Part shown: positions 1-9,539 of the stretch, in pieces | Layout: every line of letters starts with the position of its first letter | Position numbering within the stretch: the first letter of the stretch is position 1 | Assembly (NCBI GenBank): GCA_938040985.1 | Contig: CALHZD010000095.1 | Coordinates: 447 to 64,446 of the forward strand | Reading direction: 5' to 3' | DNA from: an uncultured Propionivibrio sp. | GTDB taxonomy: Bacteria > Pseudomonadota > Gammaproteobacteria > Burkholderiales > Rhodocyclaceae | DNA: 64,000 nucleotides | Notes under the pieces: generated by a model | What the model saw: the letters and a program-made list of their open reading frames with translations, nothing else | Told to the model about the DNA's origin: nothing | The model's database searches: none | Program-made: the position numbers and the translations under genes

Positions 1-447
1 TTGGAACCTGCGTGGAGTGGGTATCTCAGCAGGCAAAAAGAAGATGCCCAGAAACACCGCACAAACAGACTAGAAAACATAAAATTCCCTGAAGTCCCCT
101 AAATACGTGGGGATCAGAGCATCAAAAAACATAAACCGAAAAAGTAGCTATTTTCTTTGCAGAAATGCCGCGTTAGCTTGCCTTGCCTTTTATAGCGCCT
201 TCCTTTGCCAAACTACGGTGTTGCTGTGTTGGCCTTGCCTTGCCGTACGACTCGTACTGCCTGCGGCTCGCCGCCTTGTCTTTGGCAACGTCGAGCCGCT
301 CTTCCTCATACACTGAGACCCTTGTATTTAGGGCTCCTTTAGGCAGATACTCCGGAAACCCGCGTAAACAGGGCGTTTCCCGACACCTTATCGGAGACCC
401 GCGTGGATAGGGCGTTTGCGGGGCGCTTTGATACGGCTGGCATGGTC
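1..447 (+). repeat. Composite intergenic repeat element, copy A (truncated by window edge). Head module 73..137 in forward orientation, stem-loop units at 319..334, 354..380 and 394..426.
   Basis: The head GAAAACATAAAAT...CCCTAAATACGTGGGG...GCATCAAAAAACATAAA matches 13593..13657 and the reverse complements of 9689..9755 and 29786..29852. Downstream units are GGAAAC-CCGCGTAAACAGGGC-GTTTCC and CCGCGTGGATAGGGCGTTTGCGGGG. Confidence 0.7.
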
Positions 448-1416
448 TCAGCGGTCAAGCCCCTGGTCGATGTGCGAGGCGGGGTCTTCAAACGGTTCGA
501 AGTGCGTGATGACCGTCGTCTGCGGCAATGCGGCGCGGATTTCGGCTTCGATACGCTCGGCGTAGGCGTGGCCGCGCAGAATCGTCCACGCCCCCGGCAT
601 GAGGATGTGCACCGAAACGAAACGGCGCGCGCCCGATTCGCGCGTGCGCAGCGCGTGGTAATCGAGCCCCTCGCGGCGATAGCTGTCCAGAATGGCGATG
701 ATCTTGGCGTATTCCGCCGCCGGCAGAGACTGATCCATCAATCCCTGGATTGCTCTTCGGGTTAACGCCCAGCCGGTGCGGACGATATTGGCGGCGACCA
801 GGAGCGCGATGACCGGGTCGAGCCATAGCCAGCGCGTCAGGGTGACGGCGCCGACGGCAGCAATGACGCCGGCCGAAGTCCAGACATCGGTCAGCAGATG
901 CCGGGCGTCGGCCTCCAGCGTCAATGAGCGGTATTTGCGTCCGGCGGAAAGCAGCGTCAGCGCCGTCGCCAGATTGAGTACGGAGGCGAGGGCGGAAACG
1001 GTTAGGCCGAGCCAGGCCTGCTCGAGCGGTTGCGGGTTGCGCAGGCGCTCGACGGCGCCCAGGGCGATAGCGGCCGCTGCGGCCAGGATCAGCAAGCCTT
1101 CAAAACCGGCGGAAAAATATTCCGCCTTGCCGTGGCCGTAGGCGTGCGCTTCGTCGGCCGGCTGTTCGGCAAGCGAAATCATCGCCAGCGCCATCATTGC
1201 ACCGGCCAGATTGACCAGCGATTCCAGCGCATCGGAAAGCAGGCCGATCGAACCGGTGAGCCACCAGGCCAGGGCCTTGAGCAGGATGGTAATGAACGCT
1301 GCGGCGATCGATAGCCAGGCGAAATGTTTGGCGGACGAGAACATCATGCCGCTATTATCGCCGCCAGAATGCCGTCGTGTCATTTCCGTCATGCTAAACT
1401 TCCCGTGTCGAAACAA
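448..1416 (-). CDS. Cation diffusion facilitator (CDF) family metal efflux transporter
   Basis: 322-aa ORF with six hydrophobic segments and a cytoplasmic C-terminal domain. CDF-like TM2 (LLSDALESLVNL) and TM5 (HLLTDVWTS) motifs are present. The true start may be an internal Met (e.g. 1392). Confidence 0.85.
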   Translation of the reverse strand: MFRHGKFSMTEMTRRHSGGDNSGMMFSSAKHFAWLSIAAAFITILLKALAWWLTGSIGLLSDALESLVNLAGAMMALAMISLAEQPADEAHAYGHGKAEYFSAGFEGLLILAAAAAIALGAVERLRNPQPLEQAWLGLTVSALASVLNLATALTLLSAGRKYRSLTLEADARHLLTDVWTSAGVIAAVGAVTLTRWLWLDPVIALLVAANIVRTGWALTRRAIQGLMDQSLPAAEYAKIIAILDSYRREGLDYHALRTRESGARRFVSVHILMPGAWTILRGHAYAERIEAEIRAALPQTTVITHFEPFEDPASHIDQGLDR

Positions 1417-1434
1417 TGTTCAGGATGACGAACG

Positions 1435-2832
1435 TTGTCCTCACTGCCGAGAAAATTCAAGATCATCAAGGCGGCTGCTGTCGCTGGGATGTCGCCGCGG
1501 ACGGGGGGAAAAACATGCACGCTGGCGCCGGATTCGCTTGCGTGCAGCCTGTGGTTCGCGGCACAGGCGCTGCTCGGCGTCAGCGGCGGCAAGAACCTTA
1601 CCGAGGCGCTGGCTGCCATAGCGGATGCGCCGCCGGCCGCGCGTGCGGCGGCCCAGGACATTGCCTACGGCGTGTTGCGCCGGTATGGCTGGGCCGAATT
1701 CCTGCTTGCCCGTCTGCTGCGAACGCCGCTTAGCCATGCGGGAATCGAGGCATTGCTAAGCGCTGCGCTTTATCGCCTGGAGACCCGTCCGGATGCCCGG
1801 CATACCGTTGTCGATCAGGCCGTGCAGGCGGCGGGCGAGCTGGCGGGCAGTCCTCTCAAGGGGCTGGTCAACGGCGTGCTGCGCAACTATTTGCGGCAAC
1901 GCGATACGCTGCTGGCCGCCGCCGCGTGCGACGAAGTGGCTAAAAACTGGCATCCGCGCTGGTGGCTGCAACGCTTGCGACGACGCTGGCCGGCGCAATG
2001 GGAATCCATTGTCGCCGCCGACAATGCGCCGCCGCCGATGACCCTGCGCGCCAATGCCCGGCGTGGCACGGCGGCATCTTATCTGGCGCGTTTGCAGGCG
2101 GCCGGGCTGACAGCGCACCTGCTGGGCAAAGCGGGCGGGAGCGCTTTGCGGCTGGAACGCCCCGTACCCGTCGATGCGCTACCCGGTTTTTTCGAGGGCG
2201 AAGTTTCCGTGCAGGATTTGGGCGCACAGCGCGCTGCTGAACTGCTTGCGCCGACGGCGGGCATGCGGGTGCTCGATGCCTGCGCCGCGCCGGGCGGAAA
2301 AACCTCGCACCTGCTCGAACGGTCCGATCTCGACCTGCTGGCGCTCGATGTTGACAGTGCGCGCGCAGCACGCATCACGGACAATCTGCGCCGTTTACAG
2401 CTTTCTGCCGAAGTGTGTGTCGGGGATGCCGCTCATCCGGCCGACTGGTGGGATGGCCGTGCCTTTGATGCGATCCTTGCCGATGTTCCCTGCTCCGCGT
2501 CGGGCGTAGTGCGCCGGCATCCCGATATCAAGGCGTTGCGCCGGGAAAGCGATGTGCGCCGCTTTGCCCGCGAGCAGGCGGCCATTCTCGATGCGCTCTG
2601 GCCGCTGCTCCGGCCAGCAGGGCGTCTGCTCTATGCGACGTGTTCGCTGTTTGAGGAGGAAAATAAGGGGCAGGTTGATGCTTTTCTTTACCGTCATGCG
2701 GACGCGCGGCCGCTGGCTGAAGAATACTGGCTGCCGTGCCCGGAGAACGATGGTTTCTACTATGCGCTGCTGGAAAAGCGACATGCGCCGGAAAATCAAG
2801 GTATTCAGGAGGGCGCGCGTGAAGCCGGCTGA
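1435..2832 (+). CDS. rsmB: 16S rRNA (cytosine967-C5)-methyltransferase RsmB
   Basis: AdoMet motif VLDACAAPGGKT; catalytic Cys motifs DVPCSASGVVRRHPDIK and LLYATCS; NusB-like N-terminal half. The start is uncertain (1435 or 1489). Confidence 0.9.
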   Translation: MSSLPRKFKIIKAAAVAGMSPRTGGKTCTLAPDSLACSLWFAAQALLGVSGGKNLTEALAAIADAPPAARAAAQDIAYGVLRRYGWAEFLLARLLRTPLSHAGIEALLSAALYRLETRPDARHTVVDQAVQAAGELAGSPLKGLVNGVLRNYLRQRDTLLAAAACDEVAKNWHPRWWLQRLRRRWPAQWESIVAADNAPPPMTLRANARRGTAASYLARLQAAGLTAHLLGKAGGSALRLERPVPVDALPGFFEGEVSVQDLGAQRAAELLAPTAGMRVLDACAAPGGKTSHLLERSDLDLLALDVDSARAARITDNLRRLQLSAEVCVGDAAHPADWWDGRAFDAILADVPCSASGVVRRHPDIKALRRESDVRRFAREQAAILDALWPLLRPAGRLLYATCSLFEEENKGQVDAFLYRHADARPLAEEYWLPCPENDGFYYALLEKRHAPENQGIQEGAREAG

Positions 2833-3742
2833 GTGCGGGCGGCAATGCCGGCAGCAACATCGGCCACGGTATTGGCAATCGTGGCTGGCCGTGCTGATGC
2901 TGGTTTGGGTCATGTGCCTGATGCCGCAGGCGCAGGCCTCGGGCATTGCCGTGTTTACGCCGCGCATCGAGGCGGACGGCGAGGGCTACGGTCTTTCCGC
3001 CGATTTTATGATCGACCTGCCGCCACGCATCGAGGAGGTCATCAATCGCGGCATCGAGCTCCATTTTGTCGTTGACTTTGAATTGACGCGCAGCCGCTGG
3101 TACTGGTTCGATGCGCGTATCGCCCAGCGCAGCCGCACGTATCGGCTCTCCTATCATGCCTTGACGCGCCGGTATCGTTTGTCTACCGGCGGGCTGCATC
3201 AGGGGTTTGCAACGCTGAACGAGGCTTTGCGCGTGCTGGCGCGGCTGCGTAACTGGCCAGTTGCCGATCAGGGCGATTTATCGCCGGATGTCGTTTATCT
3301 GGCGGCCTTACGCATGCGGCTGGATTTGTCGCAGATGCCCAAGACGTTCCAGGTCAGCGCGCGCGCCAAGTCCGAATGGAATCTGGATTCCGGCTGGCTG
3401 CGCTGGCGCTTTCAACCGCCGGCTGCCGATGTGTCTGGCGCACCGGCAGCGGACGCCGGCCCGATTCAAGGCGGCAAGGCGCCGATCCATGCCGATCAGG
3501 CCGCAGGTGCAGCGGAACCTGCCGGGGAGGCGACCAAAGAACCCGATAAAGTGCAGGACAAAACACTGCCTGCTGACCCGTCGGCAGACATTCCCGCCGT
3601 GCCTACCGAGGCCGATTTTGCCGGCGCTGAGGCGCCTGCGGACGGCGCACGTTCTCCTGATCTGCCGCCTGCACCACAACAGGAACAGCAGGAAAAACAG
3701 GAGGCGCAAGAGACGCCGAAAATGCGGGAGAGCGCCCCATGA
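2783..3742 (+). CDS. Secreted DUF4390-like protein with a long Ala/Pro/Glu/Gln-rich C-terminal tail
   Basis: Signal peptide ...VWVMCLMPQAQA/SG. The conserved core FTPRIEADGEGYGLSADF...WYWFDARI...YRLSYHALTRRYRL matches my memory of the family usually found between rsmB and an NtrY-like kinase. ATGA overlap with the next gene. The start is chosen to limit overlap with rsmB (alternative GTG ~2819). Confidence 0.7.
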   Translation: MRRKIKVFRRARVKPAECGRQCRQQHRPRYWQSWLAVLMLVWVMCLMPQAQASGIAVFTPRIEADGEGYGLSADFMIDLPPRIEEVINRGIELHFVVDFELTRSRWYWFDARIAQRSRTYRLSYHALTRRYRLSTGGLHQGFATLNEALRVLARLRNWPVADQGDLSPDVVYLAALRMRLDLSQMPKTFQVSARAKSEWNLDSGWLRWRFQPPAADVSGAPAADAGPIQGGKAPIHADQAAGAAEPAGEATKEPDKVQDKTLPADPSADIPAVPTEADFAGAEAPADGARSPDLPPAPQQEQQEKQEAQETPKMRESAP

Positions 3743-5895
3743 AAACGCTGATCATCCTTACCGCTGCATTCGGCGGCATTCTATTGTTTCTGCTTGCCTC
3801 GGCGAGCGCCGATACGGCGCTGTTCGTTCGCCATTATCCGTGGTTGCTGGGGCTGAACGCCATGGCCGCCCTTTCCCTGTTCGCGTTGATTACCTGGCAG
3901 GTATATGCGCTGTGGCGGGAATATCATGCCAAGGTTTTTGGCTCGCGCCTCAAGTTGCGCCTGATGCTGATGTTCGTCCTGATCGCCGTGCTGCCCGGCA
4001 TGCTGGTTTATGGCGTGTCAGTGCAGTTCGTCACCAAAAGTATCGATGCCTGGTTCGATGCGCGCGTCGAAAAAGCACTCGAATCCGGCCTCGACCTCGG
4101 GCGCGAGGCGATTGATGCCATTCGTGACGAACTGATCGAAAAGGCGCGCAGTATGGCGCTTGAAATGAGCGAATCGGGCGAAATGCAGACGCATCTGGCG
4201 CTTGGTCGTCTGCGCGAACAAGCTGCCGTGCAGTCGGCGGCGCTTTATGCTGCCAATGGGCTGTTACTGGCAACGGCCACCAGCGAGCTGGCTTCGCCGC
4301 CCTTGCCGCAGCCGTCCGCCGAACTGATCAGCCGCGTGCGCAACGGCCGCGTGTATAGCGAAACGGAATCGGGCGAGCGCGACAGCATTCTGATTCGCGC
4401 CTACGCGCCGGTCAGCGCCAATGGTCTAGGGGCGGAAACGCGCGTGCTGCTGCTCATGCAGAGCGTGCCGGAGGGACTGGCCAGCAACGCCGGGCAGGTG
4501 CAAGCGGTCTACCGCGATTACCAGGAACTTTCTCTCGGCCGCCAGGGATTGACGCGCATTTATGCGCTGACGCTGACGCTGACCGTGCTGCTGGCCTTAT
4601 TCACGGCGATCGCCACGGCGTTCGTGCTGGCGCGCCGGCTTTCGGCGCCATTGTCGATCCTTGCCGAAGGTACGCAGGCGGTCGCTTCCGGCGATTTCAC
4701 GCCGCGCCAGGCCATTTACAGCCGCGACGAACTGAGCGTGCTGACTCAATCGTTCAGCCAGATGACGCGTCAGCTCAACGATGCGCAGCGGGAGACGGAA
4801 CGCCACCGCGCCGAACTCGAATCGGCGCGCGCCTATCTGGAATCCATCCTGTCGAATCTGTCGGCCGGCGTGCTCGTTTTCGATGCGCGTTTTCTGCTGC
4901 GCACCGTCAACCAGGGGGCGAAAATGATTCTGCGCGATAGCTTGGACGATCTGTACGGCAAGCCGGTCGATGCCTGGGCGCGGCAGCGCCGGCTGGGCGC
5001 GGCGATCCGGGACGCTTTTGCCGAACATGGACATGCGGAGTGGCAGACGCAGATCGAACTGGCTCGCCAGGGGGAACTGCCGCAGATCCTCAACCTGCGC
5101 GGCACGCAGCTGCCTGAGGATAGCGGCGGCGGCTACGTGGCCGTTTTCGACGACGTCACCCGCCTGGTGGCCGCCCAGCGCAGCGCCGCCTGGGGCGAAG
5201 TGGCGCGCCGTCTGGCGCATGAGATCAAGAATCCGCTCACGCCGATCCAGCTTTCCGCCGAGCGCCTGCAACTGAAGCTGGACGGCAAGCTGACGGGCAA
5301 CGACGGCGATATGCTCCGGCGCTCGACGCAGACGATCATCAATCAGGTCATGGCGATGAAACGGATGGTGAATGAATTTTCCGACTACGCACGCCTGCCG
5401 CCGCCTGATCTGACAGCGCTTGATCTGAATGCGCTGATTGGCGAAGTGCTCGGTCTGTACGAAAATTCCGTCGCCTGCATCGAGCTGGCTCTGGCCGCGG
5501 ATTTGCCGCTGGTGCGCGGCGATGCGTCACAATTGCGCCAGATCATCCATAATCTGCTGCGCAACGCCGAGGATGCGCAGGAGGGCATGGAGAATCCGTG
5601 GATCGGCATCCAGACCCGTTGCGACGGTGCGATGGTCGAGCTGAGGGTGGCGGATAATGGCGCGGGTTTTCCGCCGGAAATCATGGCGCGTATCTTTGAG
5701 CCGTATGTGACGACCAAGGCGCAGGGAACAGGATTGGGGCTGGCGATCGTCAAGAAAATTGTCGATGAGCACGGCGGCGTGATCCGCATCCACAACCGGC
5801 AGCCGTCGGGCGCGCAGATCAGCATTCTGTTACCCTCGGCTTCGTCGGCGGAGGCGAACGCTTTCATTGGAACTGAAACATCCATAGAGAACTGA
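3739..5895 (+). CDS. NtrY-like sensor histidine kinase (TM / HAMP / PAS / HisKA / HATPase)
   Basis: H-box HEIKNPLTPIQLSAERL; HAMP region LARRLSAPLSILAEGTQAVASGDF; G2 box GTGLGLAIVKKIVDEHGG; N-terminal TM segments. Confidence 0.9.
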   Translation: MKTLIILTAAFGGILLFLLASASADTALFVRHYPWLLGLNAMAALSLFALITWQVYALWREYHAKVFGSRLKLRLMLMFVLIAVLPGMLVYGVSVQFVTKSIDAWFDARVEKALESGLDLGREAIDAIRDELIEKARSMALEMSESGEMQTHLALGRLREQAAVQSAALYAANGLLLATATSELASPPLPQPSAELISRVRNGRVYSETESGERDSILIRAYAPVSANGLGAETRVLLLMQSVPEGLASNAGQVQAVYRDYQELSLGRQGLTRIYALTLTLTVLLALFTAIATAFVLARRLSAPLSILAEGTQAVASGDFTPRQAIYSRDELSVLTQSFSQMTRQLNDAQRETERHRAELESARAYLESILSNLSAGVLVFDARFLLRTVNQGAKMILRDSLDDLYGKPVDAWARQRRLGAAIRDAFAEHGHAEWQTQIELARQGELPQILNLRGTQLPEDSGGGYVAVFDDVTRLVAAQRSAAWGEVARRLAHEIKNPLTPIQLSAERLQLKLDGKLTGNDGDMLRRSTQTIINQVMAMKRMVNEFSDYARLPPPDLTALDLNALIGEVLGLYENSVACIELALAADLPLVRGDASQLRQIIHNLLRNAEDAQEGMENPWIGIQTRCDGAMVELRVADNGAGFPPEIMARIFEPYVTTKAQGTGLGLAIVKKIVDEHGGVIRIHNRQPSGAQISILLPSASSAEANAFIGTETSIEN

Positions 5896-5897
5896 AC

Positions 5898-7163
5898 ATG
5901 GCGCAAATACTGGTGGTTGATGATGAAATGGGCATCCGTGAGCTGCTCTCGGAGATTCTGGCCGACGAGGGGCATAACGTGACGCTGGCAGAGAATGCCG
6001 CCGCCGCGCGCAGCGTCCGCGCCGAAAAGCGTCCGGATCTTGTTTTGCTCGACATCTGGATGCCCGATACCGATGGTATTTCGCTGCTCAAGGAATGGTC
6101 ATCCGCCGGTCTGCTGACAATGCCGGTCATCATGATGTCCGGACATGGCACCATCGATTCGGCGGTGGAAGCGACGCGGGTCGGCGCCGTTGATTTTCTG
6201 GAAAAACCAATCGCCTTGCAGAAACTGCTGGCGACCGTCAAAAAAGCGCTCAAGCACGATGTGTCGCCCAACCGGCCGCCACTGACGCTCGAAGCCTTTG
6301 CCCGCTCCTCCCTGCTCAAGGATTTCCGGCGGCGGCTTGAGCAGGCGTCCGGAAAAACCTCCGTGCTCCTGCTCAAAGGGGCCTGCGGCAGCATGGCCGA
6401 AATCTGCGCGCGCACGCTGCATGCGCCGAAAACGCCGTGGCTTGACCTGTCCTCGTCGAGCGCGCCGCTGACGCAGGAAATGCTGGAGAACGCCAGCGGC
6501 GGCCTTCTTTTCATCGCCGACCTGATGCTGCTGGGCAAGTTGCAGCAGAAGAATCTGAGCTTTGCGCTGGAGCGGCTGGAAAAATACCACCTGCAACTGG
6601 TCGCGGCGCTGGCGCGCCCGCTGTCCGCGCTGACCGAAGCCGGCTGGGACGCAGCGCTGGTTGCCCGCTTGGGCGAAGTCTGGCTGGGACTGCCGCCGCT
6701 GGCCGGCCATACGGACGAAGTGCCGGAAATCGCCACGCTGCTGCTCACCCATATGGTTGAACGCAATGAGGTGCCCCCCCGCACATTTTCCAGCGGCGCG
6801 CTCAATGCGCTGCGCCTGCACCGCTGGCAGGGCGACTGGGTCGAACTGCTGGCGACCGTGCGCAATCTCGCCTTGTCGGCGCTGGATGAAGAAATCACGC
6901 AGAATGACGTGGAGCCGCTGTTGCAGCGCGAAGCGGGCGAGGCGCCGGAGCCGCTGCCCATCATGCCGCTGCTCGATCAACCGCTGCGCGAGGCGCGCGA
7001 GGCCTTTGAACGCCTGTATTTCGAGCATAACCTGAAAATTGAGAACGGCAACATGACGCGCGTCGCCGAGCGCACCGGCCTGGAGCGCACGCATCTGTAC
7101 CGCAAGCTCAAGCAGCTCGGCCTGAACCCGGGGCGGCGCAACGAGGAGGCGCAGGAGGCGTAA
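5898..7163 (+). CDS. NtrX-like response regulator (REC + degenerate AAA+ sigma54-activator-like domain + Fis-type HTH)
   Basis: REC domain with LVLLDIWMPDTDG; C-terminal HTH NMTRVAERTGLERTHLYRKLKQLG. The central domain lacks a recognisable Walker A GxxGxGK and a GAFTGA loop. Confidence 0.85.
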   Translation: MAQILVVDDEMGIRELLSEILADEGHNVTLAENAAAARSVRAEKRPDLVLLDIWMPDTDGISLLKEWSSAGLLTMPVIMMSGHGTIDSAVEATRVGAVDFLEKPIALQKLLATVKKALKHDVSPNRPPLTLEAFARSSLLKDFRRRLEQASGKTSVLLLKGACGSMAEICARTLHAPKTPWLDLSSSSAPLTQEMLENASGGLLFIADLMLLGKLQQKNLSFALERLEKYHLQLVAALARPLSALTEAGWDAALVARLGEVWLGLPPLAGHTDEVPEIATLLLTHMVERNEVPPRTFSSGALNALRLHRWQGDWVELLATVRNLALSALDEEITQNDVEPLLQREAGEAPEPLPIMPLLDQPLREAREAFERLYFEHNLKIENGNMTRVAERTGLERTHLYRKLKQLGLNPGRRNEEAQEA

Positions 7164-7226
7164 TTTCACGGAATAGCCGCGTAGCGGTTCCGGAGCGCCG
7201 GAAAATGTGTTGGGAGGGAACGATCC

Positions 7227-7610
7227 ATGAATCTGGAAAAAGTGGTTTTCGGTTTTGTCATCATCCTGGCGTGTACGCTCAATTTTGGCTTTTTCGTCGG
7301 CGGGATCGACAACATTCATGTACATGACGCCGGCCATCTGTTCGGCGCCGTCGTCGTTAACCTGATTGCGCTGATCATGAAATTCGGCGATCGCACGCAC
7401 CTGGGCGCCACGCACCTGGCCACCAGCCTGGTAGCCATGCTGCAATTGCTGGCGGCCTCGCTCGTCTGGATGTGGCACGTCAATATCCAGCATCTGGCAA
7501 TGACCGGCGAAACCATGTCGAGCATTGTCTCGCTGAGCGGCGGCGCGCTGCTCGCCAATGCCATCTCGGTCATTCTTCTGGTCAGCGAAACCCTGTACCA
7601 GTCGCGCTGA
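7227..7610 (+). CDS. Small integral membrane protein (about 4 TM), function unknown
   Basis: 127-aa hydrophobic ORF with typical codon usage, 12 nt upstream of the channel gene and probably co-transcribed with it. Confidence 0.6.
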   Translation: MNLEKVVFGFVIILACTLNFGFFVGGIDNIHVHDAGHLFGAVVVNLIALIMKFGDRTHLGATHLATSLVAMLQLLAASLVWMWHVNIQHLAMTGETMSSIVSLSGGALLANAISVILLVSETLYQSR

Positions 7611-7622
7611 TCCGGCGGGCGC

Positions 7623-9500
7623 ATGAACGAAATTTCTTTCGTCATCCTGCGGCGTTTGCGCCGCCCGCTCATTGCGCTGGTCATCGCCTATGCGGTTTCC
7701 GTGTGGGGGATGGTGGTCATTCCCGGCATCGATGAACATGGCCGGCCCGATCATCTGAGTTTCTTCCATGCCCTGTACATCGTCAGCTATACCGCGACGA
7801 CCATCGGCTTCGGCGAAATTCCCCATCAGTTTACCGACCTGCAACGCGCCTGGATCATCGTTTGCATCTACCTGTGCGTCGTGGCCTGGGCCTATACGCT
7901 CGGCAGCGTCTTCCACCTCTCGCAGGATCCCACCTTTCGCCGGGCGATCAGCCGCCGGCGCTTCATGATCCGCGTGCAGCGCCTACAGACGCCGTTCGTC
8001 CTGATTGCCGGTTATGGCCAGAGCGGCATCATGCTGGCGCGCATGCTTGATCGCATGGGCTACCGCATCGTCATCATCGAACAGCGGCACGAACGCGCCT
8101 CGCGCATCGAGATCGATGAATTTGAGCGGCGCCCGATCTTCTGGGACGGCGACGCCCGCCTGCCCGACGTGCTGGTCGATGCCGGCGTGACGCATCGCCA
8201 CTGCATGGCGATGGTGGCGATGGCCGGCAACGACGAGACCAACCAGTCGGTCGCCATCGGCGGTACGGTGCTTAATCCCTCGCTGCGCATCATCGCCCGC
8301 GTGCATACGCCGATGGCGCAGGCAAACCTGAAGTCTTTCCGCAACATCGAGCTGATCAATCCGTACGAAACGTTTGCCAGCAATATACGTCTCGACATGG
8401 GGTCGGCGACAAAGCTGCGCGCCATCGAATGGCTGTCCGGACTGCCGGGCGGCGAATGCCCCGAATCGCTAAATCTGCCGAAAGGATACTGGGTCGTCTG
8501 CGGGTCGGGCGCCTTCTCGCTCTATGTGGTCGCGGCGCTCGAACAGGCGGGCGTCAGCTATTCGCTCGTCAACATCGATACGGCGCACAAAACCGAGGAC
8601 GATCTGGTTCGGCTGTCGAGCTTGCAGGAGATGGAAGACGATGAATTACACCAGGCCGGCATCGAAAGAGCCGTCGGCCTGGTGGCCGGCACCGACTCCG
8701 TCGCCGTTAACCTGGCGCTGATCAACCGCGCCCGTCTGGTCAATGCCAATCTCTATGTGGCGATTCGCCAAACGCATGTCGTCAATGCCAGCCTGGTGGA
8801 CGCTTCGATGGCCAATCTGCGCTTCGTCAAGGCCGATGTGGTCGCCCACAAAGCGCGGCAGCTGCTGACCTCGCCGCTGCTGATTCGCTATCTGCGCCAT
8901 CTTGAGTGCGATGACGATACGCTGGCGCAGCGCACGATCGAACTGTTGCAAACGCAAGTTGGCGAAAAAGTGCCGTTCATGTGGGGATTCGACTGCTTTG
9001 CTTCCTATGCCGGCTTGCGCGATGCGCTGTCGCCGGAAATTGATCCGCCGCTGTCGATTGCCGACCTGCTCTCGCATCCGACAACGCCTGCCGAGCGCCT
9101 GCCCGCCTTCGCCTTGCTGTTGCTGCGCCACCAGACGGAAATTCCCCTGCCGCCGGAAGATACCGTGCTGCGCTCCGGCGATCGTATCCTGTTCGCCGGC
9201 CGGCGCGGCGTGGCCGCCTTGCAGCGCCGCTTCCAGTTCGAGCCCGGCTTGCTGGAATTTGTCCGGACCGGCGTTGAAGCGCCGCGCAGCTGGCTGTTCT
9301 GCTATTTCCGTTCGGCGAAAAAGCGGCGGCTTCGGCGGGAACGCCTGCAACAACGTCTTGCCGCCGCACGGCGCGTCAGTGCTGAAAGCGCTGAAAATCT
9401 TGAAGAAGCATCCGACGAGTCCAATGACGCCGGCCCTGCCGATGAGAATCGCCGCAGCGACGGCGCGGACTCTTCCGAGCGGAGCGCACACGATCGCTGA
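7623..9500 (+). CDS. Potassium-channel-like protein with pore loop and RCK/TrkA-N type cytoplasmic domains
   Basis: Two TM segments flank a pore signature YTATTIGFGEIP. This is followed by a Rossmann-like FVLIAGYGQSGIMLAR (GxGxxG) and a second VVCGSGAFS domain. Arg/Glu-rich C-terminal tail. Confidence 0.8.
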   Translation: MNEISFVILRRLRRPLIALVIAYAVSVWGMVVIPGIDEHGRPDHLSFFHALYIVSYTATTIGFGEIPHQFTDLQRAWIIVCIYLCVVAWAYTLGSVFHLSQDPTFRRAISRRRFMIRVQRLQTPFVLIAGYGQSGIMLARMLDRMGYRIVIIEQRHERASRIEIDEFERRPIFWDGDARLPDVLVDAGVTHRHCMAMVAMAGNDETNQSVAIGGTVLNPSLRIIARVHTPMAQANLKSFRNIELINPYETFASNIRLDMGSATKLRAIEWLSGLPGGECPESLNLPKGYWVVCGSGAFSLYVVAALEQAGVSYSLVNIDTAHKTEDDLVRLSSLQEMEDDELHQAGIERAVGLVAGTDSVAVNLALINRARLVNANLYVAIRQTHVVNASLVDASMANLRFVKADVVAHKARQLLTSPLLIRYLRHLECDDDTLAQRTIELLQTQVGEKVPFMWGFDCFASYAGLRDALSPEIDPPLSIADLLSHPTTPAERLPAFALLLLRHQTEIPLPPEDTVLRSGDRILFAGRRGVAALQRRFQFEPGLLEFVRTGVEAPRSWLFCYFRSAKKRRLRRERLQQRLAAARRVSAESAENLEEASDESNDAGPADENRRSDGADSSERSAHDR

Positions 9501-9539
9501 GCGTCCTGGCGCAGCTCGGCCTGGCGCGCCGCGCCGCTG

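Noticed and set aside
173-313. 46-codon minus-strand ORF (VYEEERLDVAKDKAASRRQYESYGKARPTQ...) inside repeat copy A.
   Set aside because: It has only a GTG start and no clear RBS. It contains the direct DNA repeats CTTGCCTTGCC that generate its Lys/Ala/Arg-rich sequence, and it has no counterpart in the other copies. Coding cannot be supported.
2552-2782. Upstream extension of the DUF4390-like ORF to 2552.
   Set aside because: That segment overlaps the conserved catalytic C-terminus of rsmB in another frame and translates to Arg/Cys-rich sequence. The signal peptide and conserved core begin after about 2783.
6099-7916. 605-aa ORF on the minus strand. Similar long antisense ORFs include 33118..34989 (623 aa), 27390..28679 (429 aa), 12435..13529 (364 aa), 8646..9611, 28683..29654, 25872..26750 and 10392..11105.
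   Set aside because: These are shadow ORFs opposite genes with strong family signatures. Their translations are Arg/Gly/Gln/His-rich low-complexity strings with no motifs, as expected from the absence of stop codons on the antisense strand of GC-rich coding DNA.
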